Below the pieces are notes generated by a model that saw only the letters and a list, made by a program, of their open reading frames with translations, was not told the origin of the DNA and did no database searches. From Malacoraja senta (taxonomy: Eukaryota): DNA of 64,000 nt. How positions within the stretch are numbered: the stretch's first letter is position 1; every line of letters starts with the position of its first letter. Positions 51,401 to 64,000 of this stretch are shown one piece after another. The DNA lies in NCBI GenBank assembly GCA_038087875.1, contig CM075988.1, positions 7,256,001 through 7,320,000 of the forward strand. The letters run 5' to 3'. The position numbers and the translations under genes are program-made.

Positions 51401-52937
51401 TCTGCTCATCAAGTATATCCTGGTGGCATGCAACTATTGCTGAGAAGCCTCAATTTGCTTCCATGAATTAGAGATGAGATATCTAACTGGATGAATGCAC
51501 GTCACACGTGCCTGTCATTTGAACCAGCAGGTGCTGTGTGAAGAGATTATCAATGAGGCTTTACAATAGTGCAAGAGCATGGAGATAGACTTCTCCAGAC
51601 TCCTTGTCACCTTGAAAACAAGAGGAATCAAGGAGCACGATGATGTTTATCTTCAAGCTTTCACAATATTTTGTATGAAACCAGGAGATCTGGAGACAGT
51701 TCATGATTTTTTATAAGTATGGGCTCATTAAAGAATCATCAGCAGTAACAGAATGGAAAAACAATTTAGTTGGCATTTCAGTGGAAATTATCGCATGGAT
51801 ATGGGATTGGAGATGGGCATGATGGGGAATAGAAAAAAAAAAGGGGGTTAACAAGGTCTGGACTAAGCCAGTGGGAAACAAATAAAGTTTTCATGGTTGA
51901 CTAGAGTGAGGGGAATTACAGAGAGATCTAACTTTATCCTCACACTGATTGGAGGTGAGGATGGAGAAGACTGGGATTTGAAGTTTAAGAAGACAGTATG
52001 CAGTAGATTACAGAAAAATTACGGTATCTGAATATACTAAAATAATCCTAACAGTGAGTGTTTAGATGTGTAAGAGCAAGGTCAAATAGTGCCTAATATC
52101 TGCCATATCCATTAATTTGTAACGTACTTAGGAGAGCAGAGATAAGACATCCTGACGAGGGAGAATAATATTTTAAAGGAGACTGGCAGCATCAATCGTG
52201 CAAACAATTTGAAAGAGCAGATTAAAAGCTACAGAAATAGTGTTACAAATGGAAGTCCAAGGGCCATGCAGATAGGATTTTGCGGGTGCAATTCGAAATG
52301 AGTTGAGTATCTTAAAACTGGAGAGCTGGAACGGGAGCATAATACCTATTCAGAACCACTTTGACCCACATCCATGCCTTTCATTTCAAAACTCACCTTA
52401 TCAAGTTTTCACTTCCTCACTGCACTGACTGCATTACATACTGATAACATTGAAATGTGGATAATATCCTGCTTGCTTTTTCAGCCACATTGATAATGGG
52501 TACAGTTAATTTATAAGCGGTTGGTATATGAATAAAACAGATAGAATTGATATGCTAACTGTATACTGGCTGCATTGATATACTGATAATATAATAAGTA
52601 CTGCATTGATATACTGATAACTTATTGGCCGCATCATTATATTGGTAATATACTAACTGCATTGACTGCTTCATCCATCATTGGCATGTAGGTCAACATT
52701 TACTGCCTACTCTTAATTGCGCTTGAGAAAGTGGTGATGGTGAGCTTCTTTCTTAAACAGCTGCTGTCAGCACTACTCTCACAGTGCTGTTAGTTAGGGC
52801 TGACAGTATTTTGACCCTACAGTGATGAAGGAAAGGTAATTCATTTTAAATCAGGATGACGTGTGAATTTGAAGGGAATTTGAAAGTGTTACATGCCACA
52901 GTTGTCATTCTTGGATAGGGTTAACAGGCTTCAAAAC

Positions 52938-55900
52938 TGTAAATAAGTATATTACACAGTCTGGAGTTTAAAGTCATCTTTAATTGATACACTTAATATA
53001 GCGGTACAGCAGGTTGTCACCGCTTCCAAGACTGCCTAGTGTAGGAAGTGGGTGTTAATATAAAGCATACAGTAAGATGGGGTTAATGATGCTATTTCTA
53101 CTATGATTGGTTCACATGCAATAACCAATCTACATCCTTCCCCGTAAAGAGCGAATATGGTTAAACACATATGCGACTCTCGAATTTAAACATACTCGCC
53201 GTATCTGTCAGGCGGTCTACTAATGCGACCCGAATGCGTACAGATCAACCCCTCTCCCTCCGCACCAGAAAAGTTAGTGGGGGAGAGAGGCAGTGAACCC
53301 GGAAGTGAGAAAGCAGCTGGGGACACTTGAGGCGACCGATAGGGGGAGCAGGCGGGAGAGGTACTGTTGTTGTTAGACAGAGCCGCCAGTCGTGGCGGAG
53401 AACGGGACATGCTGTGACTAGTGGTGGCAGCAGCAGCAGACGGCTGGAACATCAAAGGTGGAGCAAAGGGATCGGCTGGTGGTGGGCTGGGTTCCTTCAC
53501 AGACAGCAAGTGTCGACAAGATTGGAGCGGAGTTCCTTAGATGGGACAACAACGCAACCTAGACGGGAATGTCCCAAAGTAGTTTGCAAGTGGACGACTT
53601 GGCCCCGCAGCAGCGGTTTCAGCGGTTTGCTGGACTTGTCATATGATTGTTTCTGGATGTTGTGTTTCTCCTGGATGCGCTTCTGGACCGCGGCTGGCTT
53701 CAGCACCTGTGGCACCAGCTTCTGCTGGGCAATTAGTATCGGAGGTCACGTTGTTCTAGACATCAGGCGTTGGGCTGGTGAGCCCAGGGCCCCGTCTCTA
53801 GCGATGTTTCTGAGGTTTAAGAGGTCTAGATACTCATCCGACTTGGCCAGGTGGGCGCGTTCCATTAGTTGTTTTGCGCTCCTAACGGCCCATTCAGCGA
53901 GCCCGTTACTTTGAGGGTATTTGGGGCTGCTTGTGACATGATGGAAGTTACATCGGTTGGCAAAGTGTTTGAATGCGTGGCTGGTAAATTGTCTTCCGTT
54001 GTCAGTTTGCAGACGGACAGGGGCGCCAAATGTGGAAAAGTGTCTCTAGCTTTTGAATGACCATTTCAGATGTGATAAGGGCAGTAAATCAAGTTCGAAC
54101 CAGTTAGAGTAGGAGTCGACCAGGACTAGATAATGTTTACCATGCCATTCGAAAATGTCTGCCGCCAAGGCAGTGCCGGTGGGGGTTGTTGTAGCAGAGG
54201 CTGTTTCTGTTTGTGTGGCGCCAAACTGTTGCAGTTGGGACAGGAGGCTGTCCTGTCCCGTATGTACTTGGCCATGCCAGGCCAGTAGAACATGTTCTGT
54301 GCATGGGCCAACGTGGCATCGGTACCTGGGTGGCCGTTGTGTGCCTCTTTGTAGTATTCATCTTGTAAGGATGAAGGGATCACGACTTTGTGGCCCTTAA
54401 CTATGACACCGTCCTGTATTACCAGCTCATCGCAGACTAGGAAGAACGCTGCACCTCCAGTGGTGTGCTGGATTGCCTGTCTGGCCAGCCTCTTTTGATT
54501 ATGGATGAGAGTAGCTGAAGAGTGCCATCGGCAGCTGTGTGTTCAGCTAGATGGCGCAAGAGTTCCGTGGGAACGAAGTCGATCTTGAGAACCGTAAACC
54601 TGTCCCATTCATAGGGGTGTCGTTCACTGGATGCACGTGGTGCGCGAGAGAGAGTGCCAGCAACGAGCATGTCTTTACCTTTCTTGTAAACGATTTTTAA
54701 GTCGAACCGCTGGAGCTGCATCATCATACGCTGCAGTTGTGCAGGTGCTGCGTGTAGAGGTTTATTAAGGATGGTTACAAGTGGTTGGTGGTCTGTTTCG
54801 ATGGTGAAAATATTCCCAAAGATGAAGTCCTTGAATTTTGAACAAGCGAAGACCACGGCTAGCAGCTCTTTCTCGATCTGCGCATAGCGCTGTTCGGTGT
54901 CCATCATGGTGCGGGAGGCATAAGATACAGGTAGTTCAGTCCTATCGGCAGATGTTTGAAGGCAGGCTGCACCCAGCCTGTATCGTGAGGCATCGCAGGT
55001 TACCGTGACAGGACGCTTCAGGTCGAAGAATGTCAAGGTGGGAGCGCTGGCCAGCTTAGACTTTAAAGAGTCAAATGCTTGTTGATGTTGCTCAAAACCA
55101 GGTCCAGGTAGTGTCCTTCCGAGTGAGTTGTCTCAGTGGCGAACTTAGTTCGCTGAGGTTCGGTATGAACTTTCCCAGATAGTTCACCATACCCAGAAAG
55201 CGTTGTAGGCTTAACACTTTGGTGGGGGCTGGCATTTCTGTGATGGCAGCAGTTTTCTTCGGGTCGGGCTTAAGGCCATCAGAAGTGAAAATGTGTCCAA
55301 CATATGTGACCTCTGGAACCCTGAACTTGCATTTATTAGGGTTGAATTTCAGGTTGATCTCACATGCCCGGCCCATAATACACTTTAGGTCGTTGTCATG
55401 CTCCGCTGTGTCTTTGCCATATACCAGGATGTCATCCACGATGATGGCACAAGGGAATCCTTGGAACAGCTGTTCCATGTTTCTTTGAAAGACTTCGCTG
55501 GCCGAGTTGATGCCGAATGGCATCCCGAGAAATTTATATCTGCCAAACGGTGTGGCAAACGTGGTCAGGATTGATGACTCGTCATCTAGTGGTATCTGCC
55601 AAAACAAGCTTTTTTGCGTCAAGGATGGAAAATATTGTTGCGCGCCTGATCTGTGCAGCGACGTCCTCGACAGTTCTCATCGGATAATGTGGGCGTTTGA
55701 TGGCAGCGTTCAAATCTTTTGGATTAATGCACACGCGGAGCTCGTCTTTGACTTTCATAAAGGTGACAACCATGGTGGAGACCCAGTCAGTGGGCTCGCT
55801 GATTTCGGCTAGTACGCCCATGGAGACGATGTTTTTTTAGTTCAGTCTCAATTCTGTCTTTCATGGCATGTGGCACACTGTGGGAGGCACGGACGGCTGG

Positions 55901-57549
55901 GTCGACGTTGGGGTCAATGGCAATCTTATAGGTCACTGGCAGCTTGCCTAGCTTGCCATCGAATAGATCAGGGTATCCTTTTATCGGGTCCTCAGATATT
56001 AGTAACTTGTGAAGGCGACTAGCCCTAAGTCGTGGCACGCATGGATGCCAAGTAGAGTCACAGTCAGATTTTAAGATATAGAAAGTTAGATTCCTTGTGG
56101 TGTTTTTCAGCACGCATTTGAAGGTAGTTCTTCCCAGAGGATACAAAGCCTCCCCCCCATAAGCATGTATGGTGGAACTGTCTCTAGTCAAGGCCTCATT
56201 ATTTCTTATCTTGTTGTAGACGTTCACAGACATTACATTCACACGGGCACCGGTATCGAGTTTGGCCTTGACAGGCTTGTTATTAATTGTCATTGAAACA
56301 GAGGGATCCAGAATCTTACCAGCTGTGTGAAGGAGTGAGTGCAAAGTCGACTCCTGATATGTGCTAATTGGATCATCCTGTGAGTCTGGGATCGTTTGGT
56401 TTTATTGCAACAGGTGCAGATTAGACGCTGAACTGGAGGGTCTGTTCCCACGGGACCTGCAGACAACAGCGAAGTGATTCATCTTTTTGCAGTAATTGCA
56501 AGGCTTTTCGTTCGCCGGACAAATCGATCATCCCTTGTTGTGGAAATAGTTACAATTCGGGCACCTCTGAGGGGGCTCATTGGTGAATCCCCGGTTAGCC
56601 GGTTGAGGTGGTTCATTCATGAATCTTCTGTTATCTGTCGGCGTTTGTCATCTGTTGAAACCCGTCAGGTTTATGGTCTTCTGAGTGTCAAACTGGTCGC
56701 TTAGTGGGGCAACAATCTCAGACGTTCGGCAGGCATGCACGGCTTGTTCAAGGGTTAAATCAGCATTCCGCAGTAACTCAGTCCTTAGCTTTTGATAGGT
56801 CATACCACTGACAAGCTTGTCCCTGATTAATTTGTTTGACATGACCTCGAAGCGGCATCACTGAGCCATATATTTCAAGTCACAAATAAATCTTTCCACA
56901 GGCTCATCGGGAAGCTGGTGTCCCGCGAAGAATTTTGCTCTTTCTAAAATACGGTTTGAGGGTAGGTCGCATAGTTCACGGAATTTACGCAGTAAAACAG
57001 TGGGGTCACGCATAGTCTCAGCAGGTACAACTATCTGATCGTTGGCATCGTGAACGGCTGGCGCGTAGTCAAAGGTCCGCGCTCTCATCATGGCTTCGTG
57101 TCCCGTCAGGTTCAGTAGGAGGGAAGCCTTGACAGCATCTGGTTCATTATGATGGACGACGTTGATATAGTGTTCGTAATCGATTTCAAAGAGCCTCCAT
57201 CGTTCCCCGATGTCTGAATCGAAGCTGCGCAGGCTTTCTGCACGAGTGAGCCATGGTGATACAAGTGAAACTGATAAACAGAAATAAAACCCGATATACG
57301 GATGCAGTGGGTTACTCCAAGCTTTCCGACACCATGTAAATAAGTATTTTACACAGTCTGGAGTTTAAAGTAATCTTTAATTGATACACTTAATATAGCG
57401 GTACAGCAGGTTGCTAGTTGCTAGTTCATCATCACCGCTTCCAAGACTGCCTAGTATAGGAAGTGGGTGTTGATATAAAGCATACAGTAAGGTGGGGTTA
57501 GTGATGCTATTTCTACTATGATTGGTTCACATGCAATAACCAATCTACA
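52938..57549 (-). mobile_element. Full-length decayed Gypsy (Mag-like) LTR retrotransposon
   Basis: LTRs 57335-57549 and 52938-53134; TSD AAAAC at 52933-52937 and 57550-57554; PBS TGGTGTCGG; PPT GGGGAAGGA. Confidence 0.96.
53186..57254 (-). pseudogene. gag-pol remnant of Gypsy element 2
   Basis: KLDTGA, IIVDDILVYG, CDAS, EKELLAV, HNGHPG...CPNC, RPPDRYGEYV; many frameshifts and stops. Confidence 0.93.
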
Positions 57550-57584
57550 AAAACTACTGTTGAAGCTTTGGCAGGTTACTATTT

Positions 57585-57925
57585 TGTATCCCATTCCGAA
57601 TTTGACCTTTCTGTCCTGGGCCTCCTCCATGGCCAAAGTGAGCACCACCGGAAATTGGAGGAGCAGCACCTCATATTTCGTTTGGGCAGTTTATACCCCA
57701 GCGGCATGAACATTGACTTGTCCAATTTCCGGTAGCCCTTTTTGGCTCCTCCCCTTCTCAACTCTCCCTCAGCCCTCTGGCTCCTCCTCTTCCTTTCTTC
57801 TTCCTGCCCCACGCCCACCCGGCATCAGTCTGAAGAAGGGTTTCAGCCCGAAACGTTGCCTATTTCCTTCGCTCCATAGATGCTGCCGCACCCGCTGAGT
57901 TTCTCCAGCACTTTTGTCTACCTTT
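57585..57925 (+). mobile_element. Penelope-like element 3' end
   Basis: RKLEEQHLIFRLGSLYPSGMNID (end of GIY-YIG domain) followed by the terminal repeat. Confidence 0.85.
57821..57860 (+). ncRNA. Minimal type I hammerhead ribozyme motif
   Basis: CTGAAGA-AGGG TTTCAG CCC-GAAAC-GTT: both conserved core boxes flank a short stem II. Confidence 0.6.
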
Positions 57926-58289
57926 CTATTTTGTATTATGTGTAAGGTTCCGACTGACACAAAATGCAACAATAGTGAAGGGAGTGAATATTAAATGTGG
58001 ATAATGAAGTGTTATTTCATCCAAGATGGTTAAATTTCTTGAATTGTCTTGATCCAATCAAATGGAGAAAATCTAATTACATTCCGAGTGCATTGTATCA
58101 GACTTTTACACTCTACATAACTTTCTTTTTTTCTTCCCACTGTCCCCCTTTATTTCCACTCCTCGCTCTCACAAACACTTCCTATCTCCTAATTGTTCCT
58201 CTTCTATCTTCTACCTCCTCCTCTATTTCCTACCACCTCTATCTCCTACCCACTGCAACTTTGATGACCAGTTTGGGTTTTGTGCTTTG

Positions 58290-59065
58290 TGCTTGGCAAT
58301 TACTCCACTCTGGGCCTCATCACAGCCTTAATCCAAACACGGACCTGTAATTCAGAGTGAGATGAGAGTCCTACGCTTGACATTAAAGCAGCATTTGGCC
58401 GTGGTATCTGTGAGAAAACAGGGAGCCATATTTTCCACAAATGAAGAAGATTGCATTTGCTGGGAGTGAAAGGGGGATATGGGGGGGGGAGTGGGTTATT
58501 CATCTCAGCCTCAGGGCAGCAGTTTGTTAAAGCAGTGTCCTTAGCCCAACCATCTTCATCTGCTTTGTCAATGATCTTCTATTCATCATAATGTCAGAGG
58601 TAAGGATGCTTGCTGATCTTGGTACAGTGTATAATTCCCCCTGCAGCTCAAAGAAAAAGAAGCAGTCAAATATGTAAATTATATAAATCAAGTTCTTTCT
58701 ATTGATTAAAGAGCTGGTAATCAGATAGTTGAAAGTTCAGACCATTTGACATTTCATTTATTAGTTAATTTTAACTGGTTTCCAATGGTTCCCTCTGTCT
58801 TAAACATTCACTCCCTTTATCCCTAGCACACTGTGGCTGCCATGTGCATAATCAACAGGATATATTGCAGAAACCTGTCAAGTGGGTAGTTGAACAATGA
58901 TGAGGACAGTCCACTGAAAAGCATTTAAAAGACATTTGGACAGGTACATGGATAGGAAAGGTTTAGAGGGGTATGGGTCAAACATGGGGAAATTGGACCA
59001 GTTTAGATAGGGAACCTTGGTCAGCATGGACAATTTGGGCTGAAGGGCTTGTTTCTGTGCTGTAT
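58290..59065 (+). mobile_element. Highly decayed LINE RT fragment followed by a CR1 3' end
   Basis: LDIKAAF-like motif near 58375; CR1 3' sequence TTTAAAAGACATTTGGACAGGTACATGG at 58924. Confidence 0.55.
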
Positions 59066-59489
59066 GGGCCTTACACCCCTTGGGGCTACAGTCATCTCTG
59101 TCGTCCAGACGTTATCTGCTGAAATTTCCAGTGGTACACCAATTCGTTCTTCAAGACGGAGGGTATGTCTCAATAAGTGCCATGCAATCTGTTTGTGTAA
59201 AGTGACTGCTCCAGTGGAATAGTTGACTGTGTGCAATCTGTGAGATTTGAGTGTGCAGCCAGCAGTAATGCTAAACTTGTGGATGTGAGAGACACCTATG
59301 AGTATTGCATCTGTGTTCTGATTGATAATGATGTGGATAGGTGAGTGACACTGTCCACAAACATTCGTGCAACCAGCTCTTTGGAGCTTCTGCCTTGTGC
59401 ATCGGCTAGCATTACTATCTGGTTCCATTGTGTAGACTCTCTAGGCTCTCTGTGGATAGAGCATATCTTTCCTTCACTAATGCCACCAA

Positions 59490-59636
59490 TGTTATTTCAT
59501 GTAAAATGGCACTTCTGAAAGTACAGTGCTCCCTTAGCACTGTACTGATATGTCTGTCTGCCTGGATTATGTACTTAAGCTTTTGGGTTTCATAATCTTC
59601 CTATTGACATACATAAGTGCTATCACTGAGCTATGG
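59490..59636 (-). mobile_element. Decayed DeuSINE (SacSINE1-like) fragment
   Basis: Reverse complement resembles a tRNA-like head plus Deu-domain CAGTGCTAAGGGAGCACTGTACT...GTGCC; matched from memory only. Confidence 0.5.
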
Positions 59637-60902
59637 TAACACCCTAAAAAGGCATTTATCATTTAAGAGGACGTATAAAAGTGGGCAGGTTTTTTAATAA
59701 CACATTGAAATGTTGCGCAGGGAATTGAATCTATTTTGAGTTCAGCACATTCTTTTGTAAGCTGCTTCTATTGAGAAGGGACGACTTTTGTCCACAGTGC
59801 CTAAATAATCCTACATTTATTGTTCTTATCTTGGCCAATGTTGATTTAAACAATTGGAAGGAAATTGTGAGGATTACTGATCAGTTTCAGTTACCTTAGG
59901 TCAATTGCGGTGTGGGTTCTGGGATTAGTCACGCACCACTTTAAACAAAGAATGGTTCTTTTTTGTTCTTTAGGTTTTTACTGATATGGGAGAAGAAGAA
60001 ATTCTAACCCCACAGATACCACAGTCATTCTGGGTTTGAATGACAACCTGTAGATCAGATTGGCTCTGTAAACTGACAGTAGGTGTTTCAATTATATTTA
60101 TATTTCACAAGAAATGTACAGTTCTTTTCAATGATGGTAAAAATGATTAGGATCCAACAAGAAGACTTGCCAGCAAGAATAAAATTAGAAAATGGGGCAG
60201 AAGAAGTAACTAATAAATGAAATGTTATATTTCAACATCCTTAGGTACACATTAACTTGTGACAGCAGGCTTTAGGATTTGTTGGTGATATTTTACAAGT
60301 TTGTTACCTTCAAATAAGTTAAATGTCACAAATGGGTTCAATCTCCAAAGGGAGGATGCCATTGGGATCTAAATGGGAGTGGGCATTAAAGGGAAACTGA
60401 TCTGTTGTGACCCAGACTACACAACCACTGTCAAAGGTTCCAGACCAGTGCCTATTTGGACAACACAATCACACAAAGCAGCTGTCTACTCCCAAAGGGC
60501 TGCAGTTATTTGGGGGAAGTCAATTATCTGTATGCCAAGAAGAGCAGTGTACTCCCAATGGAGCGCAATTACTTTCCAGATGGCACCTTCTTTCATGACC
60601 ACAGTGTATTCCAGAGTGGTATCAGAGTTCTGATGGGATCAACCTGAGTCTCTATAGAGACGCAAAGGCTTTGAATAACCTCCATCCTTGCCTTCTTGGA
60701 ATGTGCAACATGATCCATCAACTGCCACAGTACGCTTGTGTGTGAGATAGAGTTCTGAGTATGTTAATTGTCAGGAAGACAATTGTAAATTTTTTCTGAG
60801 CTTTCATCTTGACATACTTTGTGAGGTTATTATACTTAGACATTGGTCAATCTTCGTGGAGATTGTGTACATTGAATGCTTCTTCCTGATAGCCCTTTAT
60901 AG

Positions 60903-61392
60903 TGTAGGAAGGAACTGCAGATGCTGGTTTACACCGAAGATAGACACAAAATGCTAGAGCAATTCAGCAGGTCAGGCAGCATGTCTGGAGAAAAGGAAAA
61001 GGTGACATCGCCTATTCCTTTTATCCATCCATGCTGCCTGTCTGGCTGAGTTACTCCAGCATTTTGAGCCCTTTAGAGTAATTGCCCTTGAACAACGTTA
61101 ATAAATTGAATCAGTTAATATTGCAGTCCTGTTGGCAGAACCAAGAGTCTTATCCCTGACGTGTACCCTCTCATCTTCTCAGTCACACCACTTGGTTATA
61201 CTATGAAAAAGACACAAAGTGCTGGAGTAACTTAGTGGGTCAGGCAGCATCTCTGGAGAATATGGATAGGTGACAGTTCGGGTCCCACCTCAATCGTCAT
61301 CTATCCATGTTTTCCAGAGATGCTGCCTAACCTGCTGAGTTAGTCCAGCACTTTGTGTCTTTCTCTGTAAACCAGCGGTTGCAGTTCCTTAT
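60903..61392. repeat. Two foldback (head-to-head) Penelope terminal-repeat derivatives
   Basis: Inverted arms at about 60945-61005 / 61008-61065 and 61208-61275 / 61296-61362. Confidence 0.75.
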
Positions 61393-61969
61393 TTCTACTG
61401 GTTTTACTGTGATATGACTTGGTGCCAACTGACCTTTTAAAGCCGTGTTATTAACAGCACAGCAAAGTTTTGGTGGCTGAGGGAAATTAGTCTGGACACA
61501 ATGGTTGTAAATACAGCTTTCCCTATTGAGTGGGGTTATCTCACAAAAGAGCGCTCGCACTCTTCCACTCTTGATTAAAAACTTAATCCTAGTGCTATAG
61601 CATTAAAACAGCACAATGAAGTTTTAATACCTTTATTATAGGACCAATGAATTTCTAGACTGACTTCATTTATTGGGAAGGTCAAGGGAGAAGGTTAAAT
61701 CTTAAAACCAGCTTCAGGATTTGCACCTCTCTTCAGTGTTATCCAAATCCACCACTGCAGGATGCTCTCTCCCCAAAATAATAAAAGTGATGAACTGTTG
61801 AATACTTCTATAGTTGGGTGATAGCAATCTCACACTTCTCTACACTTATACACTAACTCTCTGTCTTCTTTTATGTAATAGATCTGTAACTTTTTTTCCA
61901 GCTGTTTTGATTGCTGTGCCAGATTTTTTTTTCTTGTAAGTTATTGATTACCTTTTGTTGATTTTCTAG

Positions 61970-62352
61970 ACTGCACATATGGAGCACTCAGCACCACAAC
62001 CATCTGTCTCAAGACCATGGCTAAACAAAGCCATCATGGTCCCAGATGCACTGTTATGTTCTGTGGCTCAAAGTCAACAAATGCAACAAATTCACTTAAA
62101 TTCCTGGAGGAATTTGGCAGCAACTTTCACAGATCAGTGCTTTGGCAGGTTCTAACAGAGCATCAACACCTGGTCTGCTGTAAATATTCACTAAATTACA
62201 GTTATCGAATGTTATGTTGGATCAACGTGTGGTTATCTGCAGAGGACAGAGTCATTTTTTGTTCCCATTTGTTATATCTGGGATATTGGAAGACAGCAGC
62301 ATTGAACTGGAATTTAGAATCTGGAAATCCGTGGAACTTTTCTGCGAGACAG
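61970..62352 (+). other. Candidate exon in unique sequence
   Basis: ttgattttctag|...GAGACAG|gtaaaa; one frame is open throughout; an alternative acceptor at 62201 gives LSNVMLDQRVVICRGQSHFLFPFVISGILEDSSIELEFRIWKSVELFCET. Confidence 0.25.
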
Positions 62353-63317
62353 GTAAAATGAACAATGATTTTCCAGGTTTACTAACTCGGTAAAAGAATT
62401 GTACTTGATCTAAATTTACTGGATAAGTGATAGCGGTTTAATAGCCATATTGTTATTGGTATGCAGACAAAATGTAGTGAGGGAAACATATCCCATGAGT
62501 TGTGATTTGCCACAAGTTGCCAGATGCTTTGCACTGCTCTGGAAAGCAAAAATGCTGGAAACATTTAGCGGACTCAGCAATACCTGTTGAAGGAGAAACT
62601 GTTCATATTTCAGGTCGATGGCCATGCAGATGTGCCACTCTGCTGACAATGAAATTGTGAAAATTAGGTTTTTGCAACAACCGTTCCTCAGATAGTCAAG
62701 AAATTTGAGCTGCTAAAACAAGTTAAGCTCACTGCATAAAGTTATGGCTAATGTTTAACAATATATGAATTATTTTATAGATTTATACCCCTGCAATGCT
62801 ACTTAACTCTGTCACAGAAAAATGAATAGTTGTAAATGTGGACTCTCAGTGGTATAGTTGACAAATTTTACTAGATGTTTTAAATTTATTTTCTTCTGTA
62901 ATCCAATTACATCTTCTTTGTGTTATTTCTTGTTATATTATTAGGTTCACTGCAATAATTCTATTTAATTATCTATTGTTCCTCTGTTTCTTTCTCAATT
63001 GTTTTAATGGCTATAAATATATTAGACTGAATTCTACTTTAATTCTCAATGGTCCTGAACCAGAAGTTCTTCCAGAAAACAAAACATCTTGCAAAATATA
63101 TTTCTCCAGCTCTGACATGCTTGATATTTTAAAAATGTATACATTAAAAATATTAACTCTTTAATTACTGAAAAGGTTTCATGGCTTGTAGATTAATTTG
63201 GCAACAAACAAAATGTTATGGCTGCACACAGGTCGTCCTCAAAGTCAGTAGTCCTACCCAGAAGATCAGTGACCATTTGAGTCAAAGGAGCCCCATATAT
63301 GGGAGGATTGGTCCAGT

Positions 63318-64000
63318 CATAGTCATAAAGTCCTACAGCATGGAAACAGGCCCTTCATCCCAACTCATCCATGCTGACCAAGATGCCCCATGTAAGCTAC
63401 TCCCATTTACTTGGGTGGCACGGTGGCACAGCGGTAGAGTTGCTGCCTTGCAGTGCCAGAGACCAAGGTTCGATCCTAACTACGGGTGCTGTCTGTACGG
63501 AGTTTGTACATTCTCCCCGTGACCACGTGGGTTTTCTCTGAGATCTTCGGTTTCCTCCCACACTCCAAAGACATACAGGTATGTAGGTAAATTGGCTTGG
63601 TAAATGTAAAAAAATTGTCCCTAGTGTTTGTAGGATAGTGCTAATATGCGGGGATTGCTAGTCGGCACGGACTCGGTGCGCTGTTTCTCTAAACTAAACC
63701 AAACTAAACTAAACCTGCATTTGGCGTATATTCCTCTAAACTTCTCCTTGTACCTGTCCAAATGTCTTTTAAAGATTGTTATTGCACCTGCCTCAACTAC
63801 CTCCTCTGGCAGCTCGGTCCATATACCCACCCACTGAATTTGTTAATTTGTTGACTTTGAACCACTAAACATAACAGTGTATCTAGGATCATGATGGCTT
63901 TGTTTACGCATGGTCTTGAAATGGTTGCCCCTCAGTTTCCTTTTAAATCTTTCCCCTCTCACCTTAAACCAATGTCCTCTGGTTCTTGATTCCCCTACCC
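63318..64000 (-). mobile_element. CR1 3' fragment interrupted by a SINE
   Basis: WTELPEEVVEAGAITIFKRHLDRY; CR1 tail at 63318-63410. Confidence 0.8.
63413..63713 (+). mobile_element. tRNA-derived V-SINE (HE1-like)
   Basis: A box TGGCACAGCGG, B box GGTTCGATCC, V-domain GGAGTTTGTACATTCTCCCCGTG...GGTTTCCTCCCAC, (CTAAA)n tail. Confidence 0.88.

Noticed and set aside
52420..52670. Degenerate GCATTGATATACTGATAA repeats
   Set aside because: Short, decayed AT-rich minisatellite with no further structure.
63413..63490. tRNA gene
   Set aside because: The A/B boxes belong to a V-SINE head followed by the V-domain and tail.

Overview
Vertebrate genomic DNA made up almost entirely of transposable elements. 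The repeat mix (CR1, Rex1/Babar, fish-type L1, Penelope, Gypsy, Harbinger, V-SINE, DeuSINE) points to a cartilaginous fish, probably a skate or ray; this is inference. I recognise no intact host protein-coding gene. Main contents: (1) two complete but decayed Gypsy proviruses with LTRs and 5-bp TSDs (1101-5461 +, 52938-57549 -) and a third partial one; (2) a CpG-rich CCAAT/RFX-type candidate bidirectional promoter near 10.1 kb, with splice donors facing both ways and a few weak candidate exons; (3) a solo LTR split by a CR1; (4) a four-element nest (L1 inside L1, plus Rex1 and Harbinger) sitting inside a bipartite non-autonomous Rex1/Babar derivative; (5) Penelope remnants, one with a minimal hammerhead ribozyme core; (6) an unclassified higher-order repeat array at 14.0-16.8 kb. 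Bases 15424-26237 recur, apparently identically, at 26438-37251 across a 200-N gap, most likely an assembly artefact.
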